Shown: positions 24,954-38,200 of the stretch, piece by piece | Layout: every line of letters starts with the position of its first letter | Numbering within the stretch: the stretch's first letter is position 1 | Source: Octopus vulgaris | Lineage: Eukaryota | Reading direction: 5' to 3' | Assembly: GCA_951406725.2 (NCBI GenBank) | Contig: OX597816.1 | Location: 85,126,001-85,190,000, forward strand | DNA length: 64,000 bases | Position numbers and translations under genes: made by a program | Notes under the pieces: model-generated | Databases searched by the model: none | Seen by the model: only the letters and a program-made list of their open reading frames with translations | What the model was told of the DNA's origin: nothing

Positions 24954-26475
24954 TGTTAGAAGCCAACTGGAAATGATGTTTCCTGAGGGTAAATTAGAGT
25001 AGCATTCTTCCCTTTCCTGGGACTGCCACATTAAGCTGGCAACAGCACATCACTTTATCGTGCTGCACTGTATAAGTCTCTCTGAGAGATTTACAAATGC
25101 GATATTTCTAATTTTGTAGATCAGTGAATTTATTTCATTTGAAATTCCCATAAGTTTTGAAAGGCGAATAAGTATAAACAGACACCAAGCCACGCCCTTT
25201 TTTTTTTCTTTTAATTTTTGTGCGATGCCGCCATTGTTAGGTGGTAGTGAAACAATTGAAACAATGAAAATTTACGCAGAGGCTACTGGAGGTCGAGTTC
25301 CCCTGGACCAACATGAGCTGGGATAAGTAACCTTCTATACTTAGCTTTTTCCCATTAAAATCCATCTCGTCTCTTTGTAACCCTCCAAGAGGTCCAATCT
25401 AACATTTTAGTTATTTTCCTTTCTATTTTTTGCGTCGACCAATATGTTATCAAATATATTCTGTTCCTGTTTACCTCTTGCGTCTGTATGCCTGTTCTTT
25501 TTGTTTTTGTGACTCTGTATTCTCCTGTGTCTGTTATTGTATATTTATTTGTAGCTGTGTATCTGTGTGTTTATTTGTCTGCAGGTCTGCATGTTTGTGG
25601 TTTTTGTGACTGTAAGTCTACATGTTGTGTCTGTGTGTCAGTACTTTCAGGTTCTGTGCTTTTTAGTTTTTGCAACTCTGTGTTATCTTTTACGATTTCG
25701 TGTGTATATATGTCTATGAGTTTATGCATCTGTGCATCTGTCTGTTTGTGTGATAACACAGAACTGCAGAAACTAAAAAGCACAGACAGCTGATAGAATC
25801 GTTAGCACATTCAACTGCTGAATGAGCAGGTTTTCAAAAGTGTTTTTTGTAAATACTGTGAAAAACATTTGGTTGGACTTTTTGGTTAAAAAAAGGAAAA
25901 GAAAATAAGTAAATCCAGTATGAGCATGTGTTTAAAAAGTTTGTAATTGTAAGGTAAAAGCGAAAAGGGAAGTCGCAGCTTCGCCTCGGAGCGAGACTAG
26001 AAATGTTTATGCAAAATGTAAAGGTTTAAACGAAAAGGAATCCATGGTTTCATCTCTCAGCGGGAGTGAGATGGCCGTCTCATTTGCATTGTAATTTTAT
26101 TCATTTCACATTCATCCTTTCATGTTTTTTTTGTTCCCGCATTTCTTTGTATGTCCTCTGTAATTAGGCATTAGACCTGTAATAAAGAATTAAGCTAGCA
26201 AGCCAAGCTACACCAGACTGGTGAAGGCAATAACTCTGAAACTATTCTCTACGTGCTGCCTCAGGTGGGTGGAGGTGCTTATGGCCCCTGTTTGAAAGCT
26301 TAAGGACACAGAACGCTTGTGTTACATAGCCAACTGGAAACGATGTTTCCTGGTGCTAAATAGCAGCAGCATTCTTCCCTTTCCTGTGACTGCCACATTA
26401 AATTGGCAACAAACCATCACTTTATTGTGCTGCTACTCTAGAAGACTCTCTGAGAGATTTAGAAATGCAATATTT

Positions 26476-26480
<5 letters not shown>
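24954..26480 (+). repeat. ~155-bp diverged direct repeats (24954-25111 and 26320-26479) bracketing an LTR-like interval
   Basis: Both copies read tgtta.a..agccaactggaaa.gatgtttcctg...agcattcttccctttcctg.gactgccacatta...ctctctgagagattta.aaatgc at ~80% by eye. Confidence 0.8.
25654..25786. repeat. ~34-bp inverted repeat with ~64-bp spacer
   Basis: tctgtgctttttagtttttgcaactctgtgttatc vs gataacacagaactgcagaaactaaaaagcacaga. Confidence 0.85.
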
Positions 26481-26541
<61 letters not shown>

Positions 26542-26546
<5 letters not shown>

Positions 26547-27788
26547 CTGGCAACTAAGTTCCCGTCGAGTTCTTTAAATTTTGGAATTTATTGTGTTTTC
26601 AAATTTTGGAATCTATTTTTTTTCGAGAATTCTATTTTTAAATCATTTGGGGGTATATATATATTTGTTTTCTTGTTAATTTTTGTTTATTTTCAGATCA
26701 TTAAAAAGGAATGTCAAGTTAAGAAAACGAGTATTTTCGACACCTTCTTTTTGCTTTTAATCAAGGTTCTAAGGCCGCAAAAGCCGCTCGCGACATTAGT
26801 GTTGAGTATGGGGAGGGAGCCATAGCTCGTGATTAGTATGCCAAGTTCAGAAATAGAAATTTTCACCTCAAAGATCACCTCGCCCAGCTGAGTTCGATGA
26901 AGAGTGATTAAACTAACGTTTGCATGAAAATTCTCGTCAAACAACAAGGGAACTGGCATAGAAAATGGAATGCTCCCACACTGCTATAAAGAATCATCTT
27001 CACTCGATTGGAAAGATTCAGAAGTATGGAACATGGGTTCCGCATGCTTTAAGTGACAACAGCAAAAATCAACAAGCCACAATCTTCGCTGGTTTGCTTG
27101 CTCGTCACTGCTCAACTCATGGACACAAGCAACGATTTCTTCACCAAATCGTTACTGTTGACGATAAATGCTGCCTGTACATCATTATGAAGCAGCGTAA
27201 GGAATGATTTAACCTAGGTAATGAAGTGACATCGCGCGTGAAACAAGATCTTCATCCGCGTAAAACAATGTTGTGAGTATGGTGGCACTGGGAAGGGGTT
27301 ATCGATTACAAATTGCTTGAACGGAACCAAGCAGTCAACGCGGAACTCTATGTTCAACAGATGGAACGATTCAACACGGCTATTCAAGAGAAAAGACCTA
27401 ATCGGCAGCATGGAGTTCTTCTGCTGCACGACAACGTCCGTCCTCATATCGCCAGTATGACCAAGGAAGCCTTTCAAGCTCATGGCTGGGAAGTGCTGCC
27501 ATACCCGCTGTACTCTCTTGATTTAGCACCAATGGATTTCCACCTCTTTCGATCTCTTTCAAATGCTATGCGTGGAGTGAACATCATTCAATACTGATGC
27601 AGAATTGAGAGCTTGGCTGTATCATTTTTTTGAAGTCAAAACTAGATGATTGGAAATCTTGTTGAACGTTGGGAAGAAGTTGTAAACAAGATGGGTGAAT
27701 AGATTATTGATTAATAGTTATTTTTTATTAAAACTTTTCAAAGAATTTAAATTTAAATGGAGTAGCAGGAACTTAGTTCCCAACACAA
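26542..27788 (+). mobile_element. Mariner transposon, near full length (~1.25 kb), inactive, inserted in (TA)n
   Basis: TIRs tagggctggcaactaagttcc / ggaacttagttcccaacacaa, with (TA)n on both sides. Confidence 0.95.
26707..27713 (+). pseudogene. Mariner (DD34D) transposase pseudogene
   Basis: ECQVKK...FAFNQGSKAAKAARDI, GTWVPHAL, IVTVDDKC (TGDEKW motif), LLHDNVRPH, WEVLPYPLYSLDLAPMDFHLFRSL; stops and frameshifts. Confidence 0.93.
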
Positions 27789-27811
27789 TATATATATATA
27801 TGTATATATAA

Positions 27812-27875
<64 letters not shown>

Positions 27876-28125
27876 CTGATTGTGTCTGTGTGAGCGCTTA
27901 TGTGTTTGTTTGCTCATTAGAATTCCCCTACGAAACCGGAAAATTTACTGTGGAGACAATACACATAGTAGATAACAATGGTAAAACAGAATATATAAAA
28001 CGAGAATCATAGATAATTGCATAGTTTACAAGCATGGATAGGTAGTAATTTACAAAGAGAATGCGTTAGTATACTTGTGATTATGCTTTAGCTAAATATT
28101 CAACTGTATATTTCAAAATTCTTCA

Positions 28126-28527
28126 GTGGCTGCGTGTTAGGAAGCCACATGACTAGGGGCTTGGTCCCACTGTATGGTACCTTGGACAAGAGTTTTTTAC
28201 TATAGCCCTGGGCCGACCAAAGCTTTGTGAAGGGATTTCGCAAGCGGAAACTGAAAGAAGCCAATCATGTATATGTATATTTGAATATATGTGTGTGTTT
28301 GCTTGGCTGTATGCGTATGTGTTAGTCCCTATATCAACACGTGGCAACCGCTGATGGTGTTTTTACAGTCTCGTAACTTAGTGGTTCGACAGCAGAAACG
28401 GATAGCTTAAGTACCAGGCTTGAAAAATAAGTAATAGAGTCGACTCATTCGACTAAAATTTCAAGTCAGCGTACCAGCATGGCCACAATCTAATGATTGA
28501 AACAAGTAAAAGATAAAAAATAAAAGA
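28126..28527 (+). mobile_element. SINE family A, near full length
   Basis: gtggctgcgtgttag...accttggacaag (CORE-like)...gggccgaccaaagc...cagcatggccacaatctaatgattgaaacaagtaaaaga. Confidence 0.88.
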
Positions 28528-30345
28528 TGCGTATATCCTGGCTGTGCACACAGGCTCAAATCTAAACATGAGGCCTCTGTCTTTCTTGATTCAGAACAAA
28601 TGCAATATCACTGTGATCGATTTCGTCCAGTCGTTCTGCTTTTCGAGATTTTATCGTGTGATCCTGTACTTCGAAATATTTCTTACCGTATAGGAAGTGA
28701 GCCGTGTTATTTTCCAGAAGTATCAATTAACGAGGATTTGAAAAGGACATATTCTACTTCAGTCGAGTATTTGCAAACAGATTGATGACAACAATATAGC
28801 TGAAAGCTGTCCGATAACTTTTTATTGTGTTTGGCGAGCTTGGAATCTTGGATACATTTCAGAATTTTGAGAGAGAAACATGTAAACTGATGTGCTTTTG
28901 CATGCGTGTGGATTTGGGTGATTAAATATATATATATTTATATGCCATATTTTAAATGAGACAGTTTAAATGCACTAGCTTAAGTCTTCCATTTACAATA
29001 TATATAAAAGAAATAACTGTCGAAAGAGTAATGATTTCAATATGATCAATATAGTGTTTATTTTGAAGCAGCGCTTGACGCTGGAGTCTTCAGTGAGAGA
29101 GAAAATAAAAAATGCGTGAGTGTTGAGTGTTTATGTGTTTGAATGTTAGAATACATGGACATTACCAGGTATGTTTTGTGTGCAAATGTGTTCGTGTTGA
29201 AAGACAGTAATTATTGGCAATAGAGTAAATACTCTGTGCATCATTGGCCTATTGTGTGATTATGTGTCTAATACAAAACACAATTTAAACATTTTGCTAG
29301 AACGCATTAAAATAATTTTCACAGCAACGGAACACATATTTTATTTCCTTTCAATGCTGTGCATCAGTAAAAAAAATGCAGCATGCTACCATTAATTACT
29401 AATGAAGGTAAATTAGATTTAAAGCTTAGTTACCTATATTAAAATCAATATGGCATGTAAGGAACGTACATTTTATTCCATTTGCAAATGATAAAACTGT
29501 AATTATTCATTGAACAACTGTAACTCATCGACAAATAATCAATACTTGTTAACATTGTTAAATTAATTAAAAGACGATGCTATGGCAATGAATATACTGC
29601 AGTGAATTTATTAAAGTTGAACGTTTGTATTCTTGTCTACCAAGTTGTATCTCATTACTTCAGATACAAAAAGGAAAATGTTTGATATATCTGTCGACGT
29701 TAGAAATAATTAAATCTTTCTCCTTGATTTGTTATTGTGATCCTGTTCGCACATTCATTAATAAATCTATCATTATCACATAGAGAGTGTCCAACTTGAT
29801 TTAAGAAACGTGTTTAAATTTACAATAGAATGCAAGTAGCAAGTCACGAACACCACAGCATTTATTCATAGTCTAAGAGAATCCAATTCTTTATCCTGAC
29901 CCATACGTCTATTGCACGCCCCTTATAAATGTCTTAGATAATCATCTGAGTAATTCAAGAGAGAATAAAACTACATTTGTTTTGATTTCTTTATTCGCCA
30001 CACGTTATATCAGAAATCTTCGTATCAAGGGAAAGCGGTGATTATTTCCTTTGATGAGACGGAAATGAGACGGCTTCTTAGATTCTAGATTCCAACGGTT
30101 AGAAATGCAATGATCAAAAGCAGGGCATCTGAGAAGATTTTCATAAGTAGAAATTTCAAAACTGTATTATAACTATGTGGGCAGTTCTTACGTTAATTTT
30201 TCAAATGCAAATCCTAAGAATTATTCAGAGTCGAATCATTATGAAGGACTATTTTATATGTGTGTGTGTGTGTGCATGTAATATATATATATATATATAT
30301 ATGTGTGTATGTGTGTGTGTGTGTGTGTGTTGTGTGAGTGTGTTC

Positions 30346-30381
<36 letters not shown>

Positions 30382-33300
30382 AGGGAGAGTGAAAAAGAGA
30401 TAAATATATTTTTTCGTAGAGAAGTTTCCTACATTTAATATGTATGCATATATCTACATACATATATATGCATATATATATACATATATATATACATACA
30501 TATATATATATGCTTGTATGTATGTATATATGTATGTATATATATGTGTGTATTTATATTAATATATATACATACATACATTTCATATATATATATATAT
30601 AACATACTTAATGAGAAATTGTTACAAATGCTAAAAGTAAATCACATCTTTAAGCCTACGCTACACTCCTGACAGAAAAGGGGGAAACAAAAAATTTCGG
30701 CAATTTTTTCAATTTCACCTTAACTTCGTCAGAGTTTAAATGCATTGAGACTGATAAGAATTTCAGCATATATGAAAAGTGTGTGAGAGTAGGAACCAAA
30801 AGTACAAAAAGATCTGAACAATCTCTGCAATATATGATCATTAATTATTAAATTGTAGAATTTAAAGCATATGACTATGCTGAAGAGGGTATAAATAATG
30901 TTTTGATGGGTCAGTAAGTTTAAAAAAAAAAGCCAATTTAATATTCAGACCATCTTCATAGTTTGATATTATTTTACAGGGAATTTATCAAAATAGTACT
31001 TTGTGAAACTTACGTTTGCCCTGATTATATTAAAAGATAGTAAAGATAGGTTGAGAGTGTCCATAGTTTTCTCAAAAAGTCCATAAGTGCAATAGATTTA
31101 TACAATTGTTATACAGTAGTACATGTTAGAATCGGCATCCGTGAGAAAAATATATTCGAGAAGTGAAGTCACGAATGTGACTGTCTTCTCAGGAAAGGAT
31201 TGCATGTATTCAGGTTGAGAAATAAATACCAGAAAATCTGACGAACAGACAACAAACCAGTCTATGGATGTCTCTTGAAACAGGTGGTTTTCGCTTGATA
31301 GACGAGGACAAATTAGCTTATAGTTTTCATAGAAGCGGTAGAGATAGAATTTCTGCGTGTTTGCTACATACATCTGTGAAGTAACATCCAATATTTCTAA
31401 ATATATCTACATTATATAATTTAATAATTACACTCTTACTTAACACTATGCGATGATAGCAGCTATAATATATTTGATTATCGGTATACTCACAGCGATC
31501 TATGTTCGGCAACAACTGGTGCATCAATCTGTATGCTGTCTTTATAGCTCGAGTTTTCTCACTATCAGAGCGGGCCAGCCAAAATTAATCAAATTATCGA
31601 AAGATTTGTCTGCAAACCTAGATGCCTGAAGTTGATGCTGGGAAAAGATATCATGTTGGACTGCCTGTATGTTAAATAATATTCACGTCTCTTTTTGCAA
31701 CGTTATTATAAAGATCCAATCGGAAACGACTCGTTGTGAAGCGATTTCTGTTTTTCTTTAACTCGCATCTATCTCACAAAAGTGGACGAATTTCCAGCAT
31801 TTTGACTTAATAAGACTTTTAATAGAAAACCAAAATTTAGTATATCCCAGAGCTAGGGAGATTACTGAATCTATTAAAAGATTCGAAACGATCCTGAAGA
31901 GTGTCATGAAGCGGTAACCATGTGTACAGTTACGGTACTACATACCAGTCATAAGTGGCTAGGGAAAACAATTATGTTTCATGAGCGGTGGTTACTTAAG
32001 TATATTTTCTGTGCATTTTCACAGCTTCAGCAAATATACACGAATTTTTTATTGCAGCAATATGGTACACTTCGTTATCTCACATTATCCAACTAAATGT
32101 TGAATTCCGAGTGCAGATTACAACACTACGCTTCTTACATTAATCAGAAGTATTATGGCACTACTATGTTATGTAATATAGATGGTTGTCAAAATACTAA
32201 TTATTATTTAGATCACATAGAACTTGATCATATTGATATTTTGCAATTTTACTTTAGAATCGTTTATTTTGAATGACTTTTCTGCTGTAATCGTTAGTGT
32301 ATACCAAAACTTGCAGTTGTTAATTTTGAATATATATGTGCTTGCATAATTGCCCATGCGTGGATATGTACTAATTTTAAATATCACATATGAACATTTT
32401 GCTAGACTTTCCGACATTGTTGCTGATGACACACGCAATACATCTAAAGGGGAATAAAAGGAAATAAAACGCTTACTAAGAGGTTTCGTTCCTTAGAATA
32501 TTAAAGCACTACTTCGCATAGAAATTGGATTAAATTGAACATAATGTGCTACACAAGATTTGTATTTCTCTCAGATGCCTTAGACTAGCTAAGCATCTTA
32601 GCAAACGTTAAGATCTATCGGTGATCGACTGAGTTTGTACAGAAAAATTCAACTAGAAAAGAAATCCAGGAAGACATGACGTCCTGCATATTATTTCTGC
32701 AGCATACACTCACACACACATACACGCACACACACACACAAACACACGTACACACACACAAACACACACAAGCGCGCACACACTCAGTGCAATGTAACAT
32801 CAGGGAAACACATCTGATCTCTAACGGAATGCTACTGAGGAAACATTGCACTTAGGCATCCAAATGTACTTGGAACTGCCAAGGTTGACTTCCAATTCAC
32901 TGAAATATGAAACGTACGTGGCAAATAAATATTTATACTGGTGCTCATTTTATTTTCCACCACTTATACTGTGTATCTCATAACTAGTAACACTACAAAA
33001 TGAAGGGGTCGATTAACCACTATTCTGAAAGCCGACTGGGTAATGATTACATACGTGGAGGCTCTTACTTATAAGTAGTAATCGTACATCGATCTATACA
33101 CACAAGATATATATCTTTATAAACAGGTGTGTGTGCGCGCATGCGCGCGTATGTATTAGTGTGTCAATAAAAACACTAGCTAATGTAGTAAATTAAATTA
33201 TTGTTTTAATTGCCCAATAAGAATTACATTTTGCATTGTACAAGTGAAATTATATTAGGTTCGTTTCGATACTTAGGTAAAATATGTATTAAGTTTTACA

Positions 33301-33383
33301 TTCTAACGTTTCCTTTCTTTCATGCAGATTGCTTTATAGTTTGTGGTTAATCGATATCGATTTTGTTGAGTCTGAGGAGAGGC

Positions 33384-33616
33384 ATTTTATTTTTGTGCCT
33401 TATAAGTTAACACACTCGCCGGTAAAATTTCCACTTGTTTCTTATTTTTATTTTCCTAAAATTTTCGTTGCGTCTTGCAACCTTTTCAATAGCTTTGACT
33501 CTCAAGACTATTGAAAAGGTTACAAGACGCAACGAAAATTTTAGGAAAATAAAAATAAGAAATAAGTGGAAATTTTACCGGCGTGTGTGTTAAATTATAA
33601 GGTACAAAAAGAAAAT
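33384..33616. repeat. Long near-perfect palindrome (~115-bp arms, ~3-nt loop at ~33500)
   Basis: Arms are reverse complements; mirrored ORFs 33329+ and 33486- give near-identical peptides. Confidence 0.97.
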
Positions 33617-34049
33617 TACTCTCTCCAGACACAACAGAATATGCTTCAACACACGAACTCTTGCAAACTAAATCCAAAGCCGAAACATATCGATTTCACT
33701 CTCTTAAAATTAGCTTAGATGAGACACATATCTGACATTGAATGCTGTCTGATTTAAAAATGCGCTCTACAGTAAAGAAAACGACCGGTCAGTTTCACTG
33801 GAGAAGTTTTTGTAGCAGATTATTCACAATCCAGATGACCAAGTTCTATCAGTGTCGAGCTTCTGAAAACCATAATTTAAGAAAATCCAAATCAAATCAC
33901 GGAATTTGCAAATCAATTGAATTAAAGTCATGATTCCATCATAAAACAATCCCGCGAACTAGGGAAAATGTCTAAAATTGGTCTCGTATCAACTTCTCAG
34001 TTCAATAAGTGTTGCCCTCTGCTCCTTATTGAAAAATAAACTTGCCACC

Positions 34050-34290
34050 GGCTTTTCCTCTTTAGAATCATCACAAGTGAAGGCCAGTAGATTCTCCAAA
34101 ATCATGTTCAACCAAAATGACAACAGGGATAACCCGATGCAAAACGAGAAACCATTCGAAAACCAAGGATAATCCGAAAACATATTGTTCCATGATTGGT
34201 GAAACAGGAAGGCCGTTGTCTATCATGACAAGGTAAAACAAAACGAAACTGTCCATACGAAGCATTCCGGAAAAAGTGCCTGTCTTTGGT
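34050..34290 (+). pseudogene. Possible highly decayed Penelope-like GIY-YIG remnant
   Basis: KTRNHSKTKDNP...MIGETGRPLS, then after a frameshift TVHTKHSGKSA, resembling YIGETGRxL...EH...KSA. Confidence 0.35.
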
Positions 34291-34950
34291 AATTTGTAAA
34301 TAGGTGTTGCTCTTACTCACTAATTCAAGACCACAGAATGACCACGTTCATTAGAAAAATATTATGCTATTAAATGTAGACACTTTGTTGCATCCTGTCT
34401 CCTTTCCTGACATTACTCCATCTGACTATTATCTTTTTATATCTTCGCAATATTATTTAGAAAGAAAAGAGTTATTCCGAAGTATGAAAGTGATACTACG
34501 TGCTTCTTTGCTTGGGTGTCCGAAGAATTTGAAGCCCTAGAAGAAAAATAGTTTGACAATTAGATGAGTATTTGCTATCCATAATGAAGGGATATATTAC
34601 TGTGAATAAATATATCAATTAAGACCAAAGTAATTCTTTCAGCATGAAAAGTAGGATCGATATAGCTCTTGTAGATTTTAGAGACAGAAGCAAAAGGTTG
34701 CCGGATGTGTTGTAGTTGTAAATCATCCTGATTCTTCATTATAGTAATGATAAGTTTATATGCACTCGAGAAATACGCTGCCATTTTCTCTGTGATTGAA
34801 ACGAGATGGTGGCTCAGCTGTATACACACACACATGTATATATATAATATTTGCAAACAAACCAGACGGCTTTGTTAAGTTACGGACATAAAGCGACTAT
34901 GAAAGTCTATTAGTACAACAATAACTATAATAATAATAATAATAATAATA

Positions 34951-35253
34951 ATATACACTCCGATTTAAAACATCTATATATAAACAATTGACTGAAAAAT
35001 GATAAGCCAACCCAGGTCAGAATCGAACCCACATAGCGCATAAAGGGTTTGTTCACAAATATTATATGTGGTATTGGTCACTTAAAGCATATATTCATTA
35101 AATTTGGCTGAAGTTGTTGGGCGAGAGTTTGACCCATTTGGATACCCAAAGAGCTGTGTAAGCGTTGATTTGTGGGTTCGATTCTGGCCTCGACTAGGTC
35201 ATTTTTTTCATTCAATTGTTTATATATTGATGTCGTTTTAAATCGGAGTATAT
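34951..35253. repeat. Fold-back element with ~83-bp inverted arms, each carrying a B-box-like GGTTCGATTC
   Basis: Arms 34951-35033 and 35171-35253 are ~80% complementary. Confidence 0.85.
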
Positions 35254-38200
35254 GTTCTTTTTATATATTTGTGTATCTATATATTTTTGTATATCTGTAT
35301 ACATAAGTTACAATTTGGTAGCGATAACTGCTATCTGTTCGAATAAAGAAATGTGAGGCTCCATTAATAATTCAATAAACTGTATTATGAGTAATTCTCT
35401 ATCTGAGAAACGCGGAAACATTTAGTGACACACAAATACATTAATGAAATATATTGTGAAAAATAATCGATCACTTGCTACGTTGTAGTGACTACTATTA
35501 TACAACTGTTATATTCTTTTTCAGATTTTCAATCGAGATATAATTATTTAGACCATACCTGGATAAGTTTGTGCAATAATACTTAACTAATTTACGATAA
35601 GCTTAAATGTATTTTAAATGTATACATATTCCGAGGTATTCATTGATATATTTATGATATTTTGTATTAATTGCTTACGGTATGTCAACAGTATTTGGTA
35701 GATGCTGTAAAACATCTTCCTGAGCAATTTTCATTGCAGCAAAAATTTCAGTTTCATTCCACATATAGTGAAGGCTATGCAAGCAGAGACTGATGACATT
35801 CTAGCAAGTTTCCGACTCAGCTAATACGATTTGATACGCAGTAGGGCACCTTATATGTATAAGATAAGCATTACTAGTATTCTTATGCTAACCGTAATAT
35901 TCTTAAATCAATATGCGTTTAAATCCATTTGAAATGCATATATACCGGAGACACAGATTTACCTACTCTGTAAGTCTATGTAAATTTATGATAGCAGAAT
36001 ATGTGTTATTAAAAATATGTCAACATGGTTAAAAGACATTCCAACTGCGATCATCACGTCCGTTTCCTCATGCTGAAAATCAAGAACTAAATTATTCAAA
36101 TGTTTCTTTTTTAGATGGCTCGGTACGCAATAGGGTGTGAGACGAATGGGATGTGTTTACTAATTTTAGCAGATCGAGTGTCTTTTCAGAGGAACCCTCA
36201 TTCGCTCAGCAAAATATACTGCTCGTTTCGGTTCCTGCACGTAGGAATATTATAAATTCTAAATATTTTATTCATTACGAAAAATCCATGTTATCATACT
36301 TTATTATTTCCACCACTGTACATTGATTTGCTGAGACAGTTCCATCTCTATTCAGGCAGTAACCCTTACCATTCAGCAAGGTTTAAAATGTCACTTACAA
36401 AAACCTTCCGTATTGCGCCTCAGTTTAATATGCAATCATTTCGCCTCCCATCTATAGTCCGCTGTTGCTGTTTAACCACGGATCAACTCTGACGGAATAG
36501 AACTTTCAAGAAAAGTACTTTAATTAGATCAATTATCTTTATATATCTAGAACCACATTTAGAACAACAGGGTCGGGGTATTTGAGAGAATATGGTTGTC
36601 ATTTCTAGCAGTTCCTGCTGCTGGCTCGGTTTCCCGTATTTTGCAAAGGTGTGAAATTTACACATTCCAACATCCACTCACCTAACATCTGAAAATATAT
36701 GCAAGAAATCAATACTCCAAAGGTGTTAGTGTAGCATTTCTCTCATTCTTTACACTTCGTCACACACCTACCATTCCTTTCCAACACGTGGTCACTTCTA
36801 ACGATGTCTTTCTTATTTTTTTCTGGAGAGATAATTTATAATTAATATTAAAAATGAAACATTCTAAAGTACATGTAAAAGCCTTCCAAATACGCTACAA
36901 GAGAAGTAGAGCGAATGACTTATTATGATGAAGAATGGGAGAGAAACGATACACCAATAGTCTGCAGGAAGAGGGAGGAGTATCAAGATATTCACACAAC
37001 TATCAATAATGTGGAACTATTAGACAAAAGGAAAGTCATCGTAGAAATAGCAGTATTATATTAAAGCTATTCGCTCGAGGTATACTCTGAGGCTGTGAAC
37101 TACCTCCTAGAAATAGCAGTCAAGCGAAGGAATATCTGCGTGGTAACTCTGCCCGCTAGCATTAATAGTCAAATATTACACACATCACACATATTTGCTT
37201 TAAAATTTAAAAATACATTTTGAGTGATATGTCTGAAGAGGTTGAGATTGCTGAAGCATCGTTAATATATCTGATTGGAGGTGGAGTTGAACAGTAAAGC
37301 GTCTTCCTTCAGTAACTTGCAAAACGAGGGGGGGGTACCTTAGATCACCTCAGATAAAATAGGACCATTTATGGATTAAAAGTCTTTCATAGCAGAGCCA
37401 CGCCTAAACACACCTACGCACGTACGAGCGTGCGCTCACACAAATACACACACACAGAAAAAAAAACACGATGCCCCTGCAAAATGGTTGAAGCATGAAA
37501 TGAAATGTTTTGTGGTAAACATTCTTGCTTCTTATACTGTAATACTGGATTCTACCTCTCACTTTATGGAGGGGAAATACATTTCATATCAATTATATAC
37601 TTCATCTTTATATATCGATGTAAAAATTCCCAAAGTTTTCAGTTTGTGGATGATAATAACCTACAATTGCGATGACAAATTCGAAAGCTTTAAAAGCCTA
37701 CCTCGTTAAATACTTGTAAATGCTTTTCTTCTCTGCAAAAATTATGTACATAGAGACTATGGATACGCACTCATAAATAAATAAAAATAATTGCAAATCG
37801 CACATTTCTTAGAAATACTTTTTGTATCACACTTGAGACAGATAAAATTAAGTCTGTAAGAGTTTAGGTAAGATTCATATATGTTGCGGAGATAATAATT
37901 ATAAACAAAGCAAGGTAATTATTTTGTGAATCACTAGAAAGATGAGGCTGGTGTGTAAATCTCATGTATCCTCCGTTTCACCGAAAGAGATCTCGCTTTT
38001 GATATTTCCCTGTAAGTTTTCTCATGACAGAAGAATAACGTGTCTTTCCTGATCAACGAATTTTTTATGAATTCCACTGCAATGCGGTTGCCCAGATCAA
38101 TGAATCATACATAACCTGGAGCTCAATGACAGTTAGATGCATCCGGCTATTAAAAATTAACTGTTTTCATTAGAGATACACAACAATTAGAATATTAAAA

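Noticed and set aside
36676-36712. Possible 7-nt minus-strand microexon (ttttcag ATGTTAG gtgagt)
   Set aside because: Not frame-preserving, next to a repeat, and no host gene to attach it to
36040-37290. Three decayed pieces sharing a ctagaaatagcag-like motif
   Set aside because: Probably old interspersed repeat scraps; boundaries and class cannot be defined
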